Shown: positions 10,512 to 23,631, numbered from the stretch's first letter. The stretch is DNA of 31,643 bases from Sarea resinae (GCA_026026165.1 JAPEUD010000025.1:248001-279643), one strand, 5' to 3'. Made by a program: numbers and translations. The notes: generated by a model not told the origin, from the letters alone.

Positions 10512-11095
10512 GACTGAGAAGTGCGATGCTGCCGCTGCCGATGGCTCGATCGTACTGTATGTAGCTGGTGTAGCTGACGCCCTGGTTTGTCCTGAACCTC
10601 TGAGCCCTTCGAACGCAGGGAAATGGAGCGGTCTCTGTCGCAAGATATACTATGGTGATACCTACCTTCGTGAGACTCGACGCTCTTAGAAAAGTGAGAT
10701 CACGTGGAGCGATTCAAGCTATGATGGCAGACACGGGGTTCTCCTTGGCGTGCCCTGTGCTGTCAAGGTACCTCGGAGTACAAGGTTCGAGTCGCGTCGA
10801 CTGTACGCCCTGAAGTCCCTTCCTGTTCCAGCAACGACCAAGACGTCGCGGCCTGACTTTTGTTTGGCGAAGGCCAGATTGGTGCATTCCCCAGAGCATC
10901 ACATTTCACATTGACCATCCTACTTGGCACGGGCAAGGCAAGGGCACGCCATCAACTTTGTCCCATACTTCTTCCGCAGCATCTCATATCTTTGCCTCCA
11001 TTCGACTATTCCGGATTTTCATATTGATTTCAGACCATTGTCGGCATTGGTGACAGCAACGCGCTCCCCTTCGTCTCTCCTTTTCCGTTGTGACC

Positions 11096-14000
11096 ATGGT
11101 CCGCCTACGGGAGATCCCTCGGACGGCTACTTTTGCCTGGTCACCCGGTTCTGCGCCCCCGCTGATAGCAACCGGTACCCGGGCTGGTGCTGTTGATGCC
11201 GACTTTTCGAATGAAACGCAACTTGAGCTGTGGGACTTGGATTTGGGCAACCCGGAGCAGGGTGTCGAGTTGCAGCCCGCAGCCAGCATAAACACCGATT
11301 CTAGGTACGCTCTACGCCTGGCGGGAGATTATGAAGATATCATCCGGGCCTCAAGAAACTCAAAGAAATACAAACGCTAATCCAAGTCAATCGGCAGATT
11401 TCACGATATTGCGTGGGGCCGAGTTGATAATGACTATTCGAGGGGCATCATAGCGGGTGCTCTAGAAAACGGATCATTGGACCTCTGGGACGCCGGGAAA
11501 TTGCTAGCTGGAGAGAGGTATGCAATACCCTCAGTCATAAATTACATACGGTTACTGACAGCTTGCAGCGACTCGTTCATGTCGAGAACCTCGAAGCACA
11601 GCGGCGCGATCAAGTCACTTCAGTTCAATCCCTTCAGATCTGAGCTCTTGGCAACCGCAGGAGCCAAAGGAGAGGTAGGAGCTCTCTTTCCTTCTGTGTC
11701 GAGGCTATTACAGCTCTAATGACGATATAGCTATTCATCTCCGACCTCAACAACGTCGCGAATCCCTTCCGGTTGGGCAACACAGCTGCCAGAGCGGACG
11801 ACTTCGAGACCTTGGACTGGAACAAGAAAGTACCTCATATTTTGGTGACTGGAAGTAGTGGGGGTTTTGTGACCGTGTGGGATGTCAAGGCTAAAAAGGA
11901 GAGCTTGACTTTGAACAACCTTGGCCGCAAGCCAGTCAGTGCTGTGGCTTGGGACCCGGATATGGTAAGAGGTCAAAGGCGATTCTATGCAAGATATCCG
12001 AATGTTGATTATATCTCTAGCCCACTAAACTCATGACGGCGATCCCTAATGACACAGATCCATTGATCTTGGTTTGGGATCTGAGAAACTCCAACGCGCC
12101 AGAACGGGTAATGACTCATGCCCTCGTTTTACCTGTTGTCAGAGCTGATATTGGTTAGACTCTCCGCGCACATGAACAAGGCGTGCTCTCCCTTTCGTGG
12201 TGTCCGCAGGATAGCGATCTTCTCCTTTCTTGCGGTAAAGACAATCGCACGATCTGCTGGAATCCTCACACTGGCCAGCCATACGGAGAGTTTCCTGTAG
12301 TGACAAATTGGAGTTTCCAAACACGGTTCAACCCTCACAACCCGAGCATTATTGCCACGGCTTCTTTTGATGGCAAGATTGGAGTTCAGACTATCCAGAA
12401 TACGAAACCGGAAGCAGCTCAGGAGGCTGCTGCCCATACTCAGTCAGTCGACGGAGAGGACTTCTTCGCCAAAGCACAGACTCAGCCCCAAGGTGCTAGC
12501 TTTTCCCTTCCAAAACCGCCGAAATGGCTCCAGCGACCCGTTAGCGCTTCTTTCGGTTTTGGTGGCAAAGTCGTCAGTGTGGGTCTGGCGGATCCCTCAC
12601 ACTCGAAGAAATCAACTGTCAAAATATCACAATTTTTCGTCGACTCAACTGTTGGAACCGCTACTGAAAGCTTCGAAAAGGCTCTCAAGGAGGGCGACTT
12701 GGCGAGCATCTGTGAGACAAGGATATCGGAAGCAAAGACCGACGAGGAGAAGGCTGATTGGAAAGTCATCGAGACTCTGATCTCGGATAATCCTAGGAGA
12801 AAACTGGTGGACTACCTTGGCTTCGCTGACGAGGTTGATGAGGCTGCTTCTTCTGTTGCAAACCTGACTCTATCTCCGGAAGATAACACGGAAACGCCAG
12901 AGGCAAAGCTCAACGGAACCAAAAAGGCGAAGCACAATCGCCTCTCCTCTTTCTTTGACAACACCGGAGATGGGGACAACTTCCTGTCTGATTTGGCCGC
13001 ATCAAAGGGTGCCAAGACCAACAATCCTTTCCAAATCTACACAGGTTCCGAGTCCGAGTCTGATAGGAAAATCACGCGAGCATTGATCCTCGGGCAATTT
13101 GAAAAGGCTCTGGATATCTGCTTAGAGGAGGATCGAATGTCAGATGCTTTTATGGTGGCCATCTGCGGTGGACAAGCGTGCATAGAGAAGGCTCAGGCTG
13201 CTTATTTCACCAAGAAGGCTAGGGGTCCGAACTATCTTCGATTGTTGGCTTCAGTAGTCGGCAAGAATCTATGGGATACGGTCTATAACGCTGATCTTTC
13301 AAACTGGAAAGAGGTCATGGCTACTCTCTGCACCTTTGCCGACGAGAACGAATTCCCCGATTTGTGCGAGGCGCTAGGCGATAGGCTTGAAGAACAGCAT
13401 AAGGAGAGCGAAGAATCTTCTCAACTGCGAAAAGATGCTTCCTTTTGTTACTTGGCTGGTTCGAAGTTGGAAAAGGTTGTTGGCATCTGGATCGACGAAT
13501 TGCAGGAACAGGAAACTTCCAAGCTACAAGATGCCGAGGGCGCCTCGACTTTCTCTGTCCACGCTCGTTCTCTGCAGAATCTGATCGAGAAAGTCACCGT
13601 CTTTAGGGAGGTCAGCAAATTTGAGGATGCGGATCGCAAGCAGAGTTCGGGGTGGAAGCTGGCCCCACTGTACGACAAATATACCGAGTATGCCGATGTT
13701 GCTGCTGCTCATGGGCAGTTGCACATTGCCGAAAAATACCTTGAACTGCTACCTACAGAGTATCCCGCCGCTGAAGTGGCAAAGAACCGTGTCCGGCAGG
13801 CTTCAAGAAAGGCAGCTCCTCATGCTACTGCCAATCGCGCCACACAGCGATCTCATCCCACTGTGACAGGGTATCAACCGACTCGAGCGCCGTCTGTACC
13901 TGGGGTCCAGCCCGCAGCCGCTCCATATGCACCCACGGCAGCCCAGCCATCAAATCCCTACGCTCCCTCCAATTTTGGAGGCTACGCCCCGCCTGGATAT

Positions 14001-15313
14001 CAGCAAGCTCAGCAACCGAGACAGCAGTCAAACGTCCTACCTCCGCCACCTCAGGCTCTCGGAGGATATCCACAGGGTCAGGCAGCCGGTGGGCCACCAC
14101 GAAACCTCTCACCCGCAGTTGCGCCACCTCCCAAAGCCGGTCATACCTCCAATTGGAACGACATGCCCGATAATTTTTTCTCCAAGCCGCCAGTTTCGCG
14201 TCGTGGCACACCCAGTGCAAGCTTGCAGCCCATCACATCACCATTTCCCAACCAAATGAATGCCACAACCTCCCCTCCACCGCAAGGCATTCCACCTGCT
14301 CCATATCAGAGATCCACCCCTCCAGTAGCGCCACCACCGAAAGGCATGGCTCCACCACGAGTAGGTTCGCCGATGGCGGGTGGTCTACCAAGGTCTCTGC
14401 AGCAGCCCGACAGGCCAAGTTCGTCCAGTGCCAACGCTTACACGCCCCACATACCTGCCGCGCAATTAGCCGCCCCTCCGCAGAATCCTACTATTCCTCG
14501 TGGACCTTCTCCCTATAACCCTCCTCCGTCCGGTGCGCCTCCTTCGAACCGATACGCTCCGGCACCAGCGCCACAGCCTACACCGCCTCAGCACCATACA
14601 TCGATGGTCCCCCCACCCATGGGCGTGAGACAAGCTCCCCCGCCAATGAATCCGTACGCTCCTATCTCTCAGTCTAGTATGTACAGCCCGCCACAGCCAG
14701 CTGCCGTCCCATACGGCGTTCCACAACAGCCACACCACGAGTCTAGCGCGCCTCCGCCCCGCGCACCGTCTGTGACCTCAAGGCCTGGGACTTCACAGTC
14801 GCAATTGAAAGCGTCGACCCCAGCACCTTCCAAATATCGTGAGTTCTCTATAAACTCATGCTGACATTCTCGCTTGTCCAAGCTTATGCTAATAAGACAC
14901 CAAACACCAGCCCCAGGAGATCGTTCGCACATTGATCCCGAGGCCCAGCCTATCTACGAGATCCTCCATGCCGACATGCAGCGAGTGAAGGCACGCGCGC
15001 CGTCCTCTTTCCGCGCCCAAGTTAATGACACGGAAAAGCGTCTCAACATCTTGTTTGACCATCTCAACAATGACGACTTGCTTACCCCGGATACGGTTGC
15101 TAGTATGGTTGAGTTGGCGCAGGCGCTTCAGCAAAGGAATTACGAGGAGGCGCAGTCGATCCATTTGGACATTCTTACGAATAAGACAGAGGAGTGTGGG
15201 CAATGGATGGTTAGTTCTTGTCTCTCGATACCAGCTATGAATATCATCTAACTTTTCACTTCTAGGTCGGTGTTAAGCGGTTGATTGTTATGTCACGGAC
15301 AAGTCAGACATAG
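11096..15313 (+). CDS. SEC31: COPII coat protein Sec31, ~1260 aa; exons 11096-11304, 11398-11517, 11569-11674, 11731-11964, 12021-12107, 12159-14838, 14911-15209, 15266-15313
   Basis: [17 protein letters not shown] start, [16 protein letters not shown]40 repeats, [18 protein letters not shown], a long proline-rich region and C-terminal [14 protein letters not shown]...WMVGVKRLI. Seven GT-AG introns give a 3783-nt frame. Confidence 0.96.
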
Positions 15314-15932
15314 ATGCGCAGTCAAAGAGAGCAAGGAGGCTAGCAGTATTCACTACATAGTCGCCATCATTTATTTGTTCGTCGCGTGCTTGTTTTTTCG
15401 GGCCAGCCTGCTCTGCGGCATCTGTCCTGTCCCTGGGCTCTCTGTCTCTATGTACCCTAGTATCGATACATTGTAAGACAGTTCAGGTTCTAAATCTCTC
15501 CTATCCCTAACTGGCATACTGTACTGCGAGCGACTGCTCTGCGTTTGTATACATTGGATGTGGCTGAAGGGTATATATGATAAGCGCTCCTGATATCAGA
15601 ATAGCTAGATCTATTCAGATATTTAGATATGCTTTTCGCCTTGCCTTGTTGGTGCACTTCGTAGAAGAAACAACATAGTGTCTATGTCTAGGCAAGGAAG
15701 TATGAATATGCCGATGTGGCCCGTGCGTCGGGCTTCTTTGCGACAAGCCGACGACCTTACCTCATATGCCTACCTGACCTAAGTACCAACCTGGATATCA
15801 TCATATCCATGAGAGGCTACAGCGAGATACACATCAACAATTTCCGGTTGAGCGCCTCTGATTCGGTTTTTGAGTCCTCGACTTGCCTCCTTACTGCTGA
15901 GAAAGCCCTGCGCTCGACGCATTCCGACCGAC

Positions 15933-17042
15933 ATGTCTTCTCCAACTCCATCACCATCGCCGTCTCTCAAGGCTGAGTCGCCGGCCCAACAGCAAGCACG
16001 GCTACGCCGTGAACGCCGCCAGGCCAAAATCCAAGCTGGAGGGGCGGACAGACTGGCTAAGATCACTTCCTTGAGTGGGCGTCCCGCCGAACCAGGTAAA
16101 TTATTTCTTCTGTGTACTTTGAGTCTAGAAGATCCACCATGATTCCCTGACCTTTATTTCTGACTTGCCCTTTCTACACTAGCCCCCACACCTCCATCCG
16201 CCCAAGCAACGAGTCAAGCTGCATCATCAACGCCCTCTCCGCCTACCGCAACTACCGCCGCTTCCGCCGATGACCCAGAAGAAGTAGATATCAGCCAGCA
16301 TTTCTACCAACCAGGCTCCAACAGTGCCTCCCCACCGCAGTCCCAAATCTCAGAAGACCAGCTTCGGCAGCTAATGCTTGGCCTCGACGCCCAGACAGGC
16401 GGAGCAGGAAGAGGAGGAGGCTGGTCTGGTGCTCAAAGCAATCCTTTCCTCGGTGGCCGCTCGCCAGGCATGCAGCAAGGCCAAGGCTTTGATGAAAGCG
16501 CAGGTGCGGGCCCAGGCGCCGAAGAGGATCCCATGATGCGCATGCTTCAGCAGATGATGGGCGGGGCTGCGGGAGGAGGGGGGGATGGCCAAGGCGGTCT
16601 CCCACCAGGATTGGCTGAGATGATGGGCGCAATGGGCGGTGGGCAGTCGCAGCCACCACCGAATAGCTATGGCTATCTCTGGCGCGTAGTGCATGCACTG
16701 TTTGCGCTGGCTCTGGGAGTCTACATCTCGGTCACAACTACATTCAGCGGCTCGCATTTCTCGCGCGCGGAGTCGATAGATGCTGAGGTCGGCGTACGCT
16801 TCTTCTGGGTATTCGCGACCGCAGAGCTGGTGCTGCAGAGTACACGCTTTTTCGTCGAGAGTGGGAAGGGGCCTAGTGCGGGAATCTTGGGCGGGCTGGG
16901 AGCGATGCTGCCGGAGCCGTACGCGGGGTATCTGAGGGTCGCAAGTCGGTATAGCGTCATTTATACTACGTTGATGGCGGATTCCATGGTGGTCGTTTTT
17001 GTGCTAGGGGCTGTGGCGTGGTGGAAGGGGTTGGCTTCTTGA
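15933..17042 (+). CDS. GET2: GET complex subunit Get2 (ER tail-anchored protein insertase), ~340 aa; exons 15933-16095, 16183-17042
   Basis: N-terminal ARLRRERRQAKIQAGGADRLAKIT motif, DPEEVDISQHFY, DPMMRMLQQMMG linker and three C-terminal hydrophobic helices. Confidence 0.85.
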
Positions 17043-17170
17043 TGATTGATGATGGACGATGACGGATGATGGATCTAGATTGCTTTTCCGTCCCTTCATA
17101 CACGACAATACAATACAATTGTTAATGATACAAACTGACACCCCCTTGATGAAATATACAATCTTCTCCT

Positions 17171-18123
17171 CTAGCCCATCTGCGCCTGCTGCGCCATGTC
17201 GCCCCTCGCCTGAGCTAGCATGACTTCCCGTCTCTTCTGCTGCGCGTTGATCTGTTCCATCCTCCGTGCATCCCTCTCGCCCTGTGCGGCCTGCTCCTCG
17301 AGTTCCCGGAGCTCCTCTAGCTCCTCGGCCGTCGCCTCCACCGGCACCGCCTTCGTCAGCTCCATCAACTTCGCCAGTATCTCCGACTCGTGTTTGTGCT
17401 TCATGTTGACCGTCTGGACGCGCTCGAAGGGCGTGTGGTCAGAGGGTGCTTTGTCACCACTTGTAGAAGAGGTCGGGGCGGGCGACGATGTCGAGGAAGA
17501 GGTGTCGGCGTCAGCAGAAGGAGTGGCGTAGAAGATAGACATGGTGGCGGGGCCGGCTTGGTCCGTCGTTCGATTGATCGTCATCGAGACGGCCGGGTTG
17601 TGGAATTTGAGACGCGGGAGGTAGAGACGCCAGAATTTCCTGTTCGTTGCCGTTTCAAGTATCAGCCAAACATATTTCTCTATCGCCGGTGCGGAATGTG
17701 AAGACGAGGACGACTATGTTGTCGGTCCCCGCATTATCATCATCTTTATCATCTGCGTCATCTGCGTACCGTGGTCCGAAATGTCCATCGTTGATTCGAG
17801 CTGCGAAGTCCATGTGTATCCGCTTCACGTCCGGCGGCAGCACAGCGGCGCCTGGCCCCAATCGAATCGCGAGCAACTATTGCGCACAGGAGCCATCGTT
17901 AGCCAGCGCTCCGTTTGCCTCAGCGAGAAAAAAGTTGGGGTTCGAAATAAATCTAGCCACATATAAGACTCCGGGGTGCATTCTTACTTTCTAGAGATGG
18001 AGCAAATCAGTCAGTCAGTTCAATCAAACCATATAGTACATATATATATGACCGTGGAGAGCAGCAAAGACGTCGAGGACTCACTGATTTCAGCTTCCGC
18101 GCCCGCTTTAATATTGACACCAT
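17171..18123 (-). CDS. MRP49: Mitochondrial large-subunit ribosomal protein Mrp49-like (L51/S25/CI-B8 fold), 205 aa; exons 18123-18085, 17990-17988 (3 nt), 17876-17770, 17639-17171
   Basis: Spliced product MVSILKRARKLKSKLLAIRLGPGAAVLPPDVKRIHMDFAARINDGHFGPRKFWRLYLPRLKFHNPAVSMTINRT...; GH.G.RKFW...LPRLK.HNP is the family signature. Confidence 0.88.
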
Positions 18124-18722
18124 CTTGGCTATGTGAGGGGGAAGACTGGGGGTGGGATTTGGATTTCGTCGTGTTTTCGGCGTTCGAGGTATATCGAGAT
18201 TCGAGAATGTCCAGGCGTGGATGAGGTGGATGACTAAGCAGGCGATGTTGATTCTGCCGCTCTTCGCCGTGCTGGCTGGGAGCGAGCGGGCGGAGCGGAG
18301 CCTCCCCTTTTTTACCTACCTATCCTGCCTCATGGGTCTTCCTTATGGGAAAGTGAGCGTCACTCTTTGAGTCCCCTACTGAACTCTCGTAGGCACTGAA
18401 ATTTGCGTTTTGGCCAAAGTTGCGCCATGTATAGAATTTTCTATTTGTATTATTCAGAATGGGAATTTTCATTGTGGGAAGCCTGCCCGGTTGAAATCAT
18501 CTCTGTTCTACGCAGCAATTTTATATCCCTTTCCTCTGATATCAAAGAGTATTACTCAAAACAGACCCTTCCAGCCATGCATAATAGGCCTGATAAGCCT
18601 TCTTGGCTTGCAAGTCAAGTAAGATTTCAATGGTTGCAATCTTTCATCGCTTGCGTTCTCTGTTTTCAAGAGTTGCTTCCTCAAACATTTACTTTTCTCT
18701 CATACACTCACTCCCTCACAGG

Positions 18723-19400
18723 AGGCAAGAGGCAGCATGCCAGTCCCACTGCGGAGGGGATTGCTTGAAGCATGAAGGACTCTCGTGTATCAGCGACCCC
18801 TGTGTCTTTAGAAGTGGACTGTAGGAATGACGGAAGAGCCCCCGTGGTACCAAAAGCCGATCACAGGCGTCCTCAGATAGTACAACAATATCTGAGAGGA
18901 GAGCAGACTGGCCGGATATATCTCAGCTCCCCTCGGTAATAGAGGTTCGCCAACGGCCGCAGCATACCGCGTCTCTTCCCCCCCCTCGTCCTCCGATGCC
19001 CAGAAAACGGAAAAAGCAAAATAGGAAGCCCGGCCATCGCCCTCAACAGGAATCGAACTCACAGCCTTGCATTCCCCGCCGGGCCTTGGTACCCCATGTA
19101 CCGCGAAGTACCACCTCCGCCTTCACATGTCCCTCCTTCCCAAAACAGCAAAAGCACAACAACCCGGAATTCACAAAAAGCTCAGGTCCCCCCTTATGGA
19201 GGACCCTACGAAAAATCAGTGACGGGTTTTCATGAGGAGGAGGACAAACTACGGCTCTGAAACTCCCGTTGTACACTTAAGTACATGGGAAAGGTCTCTT
19301 TCTCGACCCTTTACATTCGACACTTTCCATAAGGGAATCTATGGGAAACCATAAACGCCCGGAGATGATGCCACAACCCCACTTATTGAGGGTAGAGCCT
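18723..19400 (-). ncRNA. Candidate large structured non-coding RNA, family unassigned; ends approximate
   Basis: No credible ORF. At least ten mostly nested helices were found by eye, and their mismatches resolve as G-U pairs on the minus strand (see findings). Confidence 0.4.
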
Positions 19401-20338
19401 TTCAATTGATTATCTATACCTTCTCTACCACATGTTCATTCCCACAGCATGACCGCGCTCACTTCCCCACCGAGTCACCACTTACCCGTGTAAGAAAGCA
19501 CACATCCCCTACCTACCTACCTACTCAACCCACACCGAGCCAGAGAAGCTCATCCACCCACCCACCAAAATACGACAACATTTCTACACGGCAACACCAC
19601 AGTAGCCGAGCTTTTACCTTCTCTTTTGCACATCCTTTCCCCTCCCATTCTCCTCCTTGGCGCCCGTTTCCCCTTCTCGCCCACCCGCACCAGAAACGCC
19701 ACACGCGCTTTACCAGCCACGCGCCCCAAGCTTACCACCAACTACCTTATTGCTGCCACGGCGCGCGTGCGCCTGTAGGCCCCGTTCCCCCTGCAACTAA
19801 AGCGCCAACGACGCCATCCGAGCGAGCTTCTGGTTCATATGTGAGGGAACCACAAGCCCCAACATGCCCGAAGTGAAAGGACGACGATGCCACGGAGACA
19901 CACAAACACGGAGCGGGAATCAGGCAAGTAGGAAAGCGAGCATATGTACGGGCTCTTTCTGTGGCTTTGATATGGTCACACAATTACCTGTCGACCTATC
20001 TACATACCTGCATACCTATGCTAAGCACAACCGTGTGAGTGGGGGTGGGATCGTGAGGATATTCAATCGTGTAGCAGAGAGGACGAGATACACCAAGAAG
20101 GCAAGAAGATCTTTCACTCTGTCTCCTTGGACGGTATTCCCGCCAAGTGCGTGTATAGTAAAAGGGGAAAACAGAGAAATAGAGCACCTGGTGCCATTAT
20201 CACAACACTACATACGGGAGAAGAGAAGATCGATTGGTACAAAAGTCATCATCACAATGACAACGACCGCTAGCCGTTTATTTTAGCCATACACCCCACG
20301 AAACCGTACACACGACAAGGCACAGCTGACGCAGCCAC

Positions 20339-22531
20339 CTACGCAGCCACCCTCTTCATCTTCTTCTCGATCTTCTTCTTACCCTTCATGCTAGGCCGCG
20401 GTCTAGCCTTTTTCTTCCCGCTCACTGATGCCGATTTCGCTCCGCCCAGAACCCAGGCGCTCATCGGCCGGCGCGCCCCGACGTGTTTGCCTGAGGGCGT
20501 AAAGACTTCGATCTCCGGGAAGGCAGAGGCGGACGGGACATCAGAATCTGCCTGGCCAGTGACAGTCGGAGTAGGGTTTTCGTCTACTGGCTGATTTGGG
20601 ATCGATGGAGGACTTTCCGCACTGCTAGTAATCTTATCCTGGGACGTGAACTCGAGCGCCTTCTTCCGGACTTGAGCCACCAGCTCGACCCAGCCGCACC
20701 CCTCGATGAGCAGATCCGTGGCCAGGACACGATACGGCAATTGATCGACCTTGAGTGCCGCGGCGGCGGGAGCCGTCAAAGGGCCTGATCGCTGCTTTGT
20801 GACGTCCCACTTCAGGCGAAATGTGCCCGCCGAAGCCATCTTCTCGCCCACGCCTGGCTTGACAATGGACGAGACACCGGACTGGCGCTGCTGCGACTGA
20901 ATCCCGACGGCCTTCTCCGTCGACGTCAGATGCACTTCTAGTGGCACGAAGGCGTACGCGAGAATGACGAGATCAGGAGTCTTAGGTGTGATGCGGACCA
21001 GACCTCCGCCTAACAGTAGCGATTGACCCGGCTTGATGACCTGCTGGGTGGGTTTGGGCCGGTGGCGCATCACGAGGTCGAGGCGATGGTCGTCCTGCAC
21101 ATAGGTGTCGAGGTCACCACGGGCGAGCCCAGGAAGGTCGATGAGCTCGCCTTTTCCGCCCCCAAAGGGGAGGCGGATGGGCGATGCGGTTGTCCCTGGG
21201 AGAGCGGAGATGATTGGCATGACTGGGAAGTCTGTCTCTGGCTGTGCGGGCGGAAGCAGTGAGTCTTTCTCTAGTGACTCGTCAACGCCGTCGGCGTTCC
21301 ATGATGATATTAGACGGCCCTGCTGGTCGAAGGTCTCCCTGGCATATTCTCCCATCTGAACATCGTCGGCTCGATCGTCTGTCACCGAGCGTACTCCTCG
21401 TTGGGCCTCGTTTCGAAGCTTGCCAAACGATATATCGTCACTTCTGCCCTTCGGATATACGGTCTCGAAGAGATTACTCTTGCCAACGTTGACTTTTCCG
21501 ACGAGCCAACCACCCCCGCCACGATTCCAGATATCTTCTTTCATCTTCTTAGTCCACCAACCGCGCTTCGAGCTGACGCATCGTACATTTCCAAGACGCA
21601 CGTCCTCTCCGGATGACCCCAGAGCATCGCGCAGAACTTGCACCAGATATGGCATAAGAGAGTCAACTTGCTCTTTCTTTGGAGCGAGCAAATCTGATCG
21701 GGTAATAATGAAGCTCACTTCTGACTTCCTGCCCGCATAGAACTTTCCGCTCTTCGCACGCCTGTTCTTGGACCGCAGCGGTGCCAGCGAGAGTCGTTTA
21801 TGGAGACCTGGTACTAGGGATAGAGGGAAGTCTGCGGCGTCTAGGACATGATAGATGTGGTTGTACTTGTAGGGACTCTCGGCGACGGTTTCCTCAATGG
21901 ACTGCATTGTAGGATGGTCTATTGAGACACCGGCACGGTGATTGAGGAGATTGTTGCAACGGTCACAAACCGGAGTTGTGGATGATCGCTCATCTTCTAA
22001 AAGGAGATTTTAGCATCATCAACAGACATATATTTTCGTGGACCATCGCATACCAGCTGCAGTCATTGCTTCGACCAAACCCAGCTCTTTGAGAGCTCCC
22101 TCCCCCGCATTCTCCAAAGCTTTCTCGTATATATCATCCTCAGCATGTTTCCGCAGAGACTTGTCAGGCCGAGTTTGTGGTACGAAGCTCTTCACGGACT
22201 TCCGCTTGGGCGAGTAGAAGCCAGCTTCACCGGGATCAATGGTCTGAGTGAGCGCGCCGCAGCCTGGGCATGAGACCGGTAGCGTCGCTAGAATGGAGCT
22301 CGATTGATGTTTCGTGTCATCGGGGGCAGCTGTAGGAGTAGCAGTGATGTTCAGCTTACAGCTCTGCTGAGAGAATGGGCGTCTTTTGACCGCTGGTCGA
22401 GGCTGAGAATAATTCTGGGCGGCTGGCCTGTGACTTATCAGGGCCGGGCAGAGGAAGGGTGGAATAACGGAGCCCAGAAGATAGGGATCGTGCGCCTGTA
22501 AGGCATTTGCACCTCGCAGGTACCGCTTCAT
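20339..22531 (-). CDS. GEP3: Mitochondrial circularly permuted GTPase Gep3/Mtg3 (YqeH/NOA1 family), ~711 aa; exons 22531-22054, 21996-20339
   Basis: Zn-finger halves CPGCG and CDRC, then G4 TRSD, G1 GKVNVGKS, G2 PGTT and G3 DLPG in permuted order. One 57-nt GT-AG intron. The start is uncertain because in-frame ATGs lie upstream (e.g. 22555). Confidence 0.9.
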
Positions 22532-22940
22532 ATTGGAAGCTAAAAACGTCCCCATAGAAGATGCTATTCTGCCTCGAGAAGCATGATGAACTTGAGCATG
22601 ATGAAGCATGCGGCTGCTATCCTCTGTTGAAGATAAAAAGTTCTTGCATAAACTGCTTCCTTCGCGTACCGTACCGCCCCGGGGATTACACCGTGCTGAA
22701 TGAACCAAATATGATGTGCTCAGATAGGATAAGGCAGATTCATTGCTCCCTAGTAGTAGTTCTGTCTGCATCATCATCATCATCATCATCATCCCCATCA
22801 TGTCAACCATTGTTTACATCCTCCAATTTCATTGCCATTGACCGGAAGACGTCCTTGACTTTCTGATATTTTCAAATTCCATTTAGTGACCCTATTTAGA
22901 AGTTGTCTGCGATTACTACTGTCCAGCTTCTGCTCTCGCC

Positions 22941-23631
22941 ATGGCATCCTCTCCAACAATGAACGCCGAGAGTGATCCGGCCTCACCACAACCTCGAAGG
23001 GAGCCTCGCTCCATCCGCCTCAGCATGCCCTTCTCCATCCGCCTCCCCTTGAGCATGAGTTTGTCCTTTATCGCAGGCCTATCCCTAGGCCTCGGCCACG
23101 GCATGCAAACCGCCGGCTATCGCTTCCGCGCCGAGAACGCACATCGCCTCCCCACGACGCCAACAGGCTGGTACCTATACCACAAGAGCAAGAACTACCA
23201 CATGATGTTCGGTGGCGTCCGCGAGGGTCTCAAAATGGGGGCGAAGATGGGGTGGTGGGTGGGAGGCTTCTTCACCGTCGAAGAGGCTGTGGACAGGCTA
23301 CGGGGGCAAGGCCAGAAGGATTTCTTTTCGACGGTTGTTGCGGGCTTGAGCGTGGCTGGGGGCTTTAGCTTGTGGAGTGAGTCTTTCTTTTTTGATAATC
23401 ACATGAAGAGCTGGATGATTGACTGTTGTTCCAGACGATTTCCCCCTCATCACAGCTGCGCGAACGGCGAAAACAGGCCTCTTGTTCGGTCTTGTATTCG
23501 GCCTGACTCAAGATGCTATTAGCCTAGCAAGAGGCAAGCGGCTTGCTTATGTGGATTTTCTCATGGGAAGGACATTACGACGAAGCAGAATGGATCAGCA
23601 AGAGGAAGAGAATCATTCATCGGTCTCATGA
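22941..23631 (+). CDS. Conserved fungal multi-pass membrane protein with Tim17/Tim22-like glycine-rich helices, ~210 aa; exons 22941-23376, 23435-23631
   Basis: RFRAENAHRLP...GWYLYHKSKNY motif, GxxxG helices and EEAVDRLRG..KDFFSTVVAG (Tim17-family-like). One 58-nt GT-AG intron. Function unknown. Confidence 0.7.

Noticed and set aside
18640..19420. Assigning the structured region to telomerase RNA, RNase P/MRP, snR30 or a group I intron
   Set aside because: There is no TTAGGG-type template, no matching CR-I/CR-V pair, no correctly placed m2 motif or terminal ACA, and no clear P7 elements. Only partial resemblances were found, so it is left unassigned.
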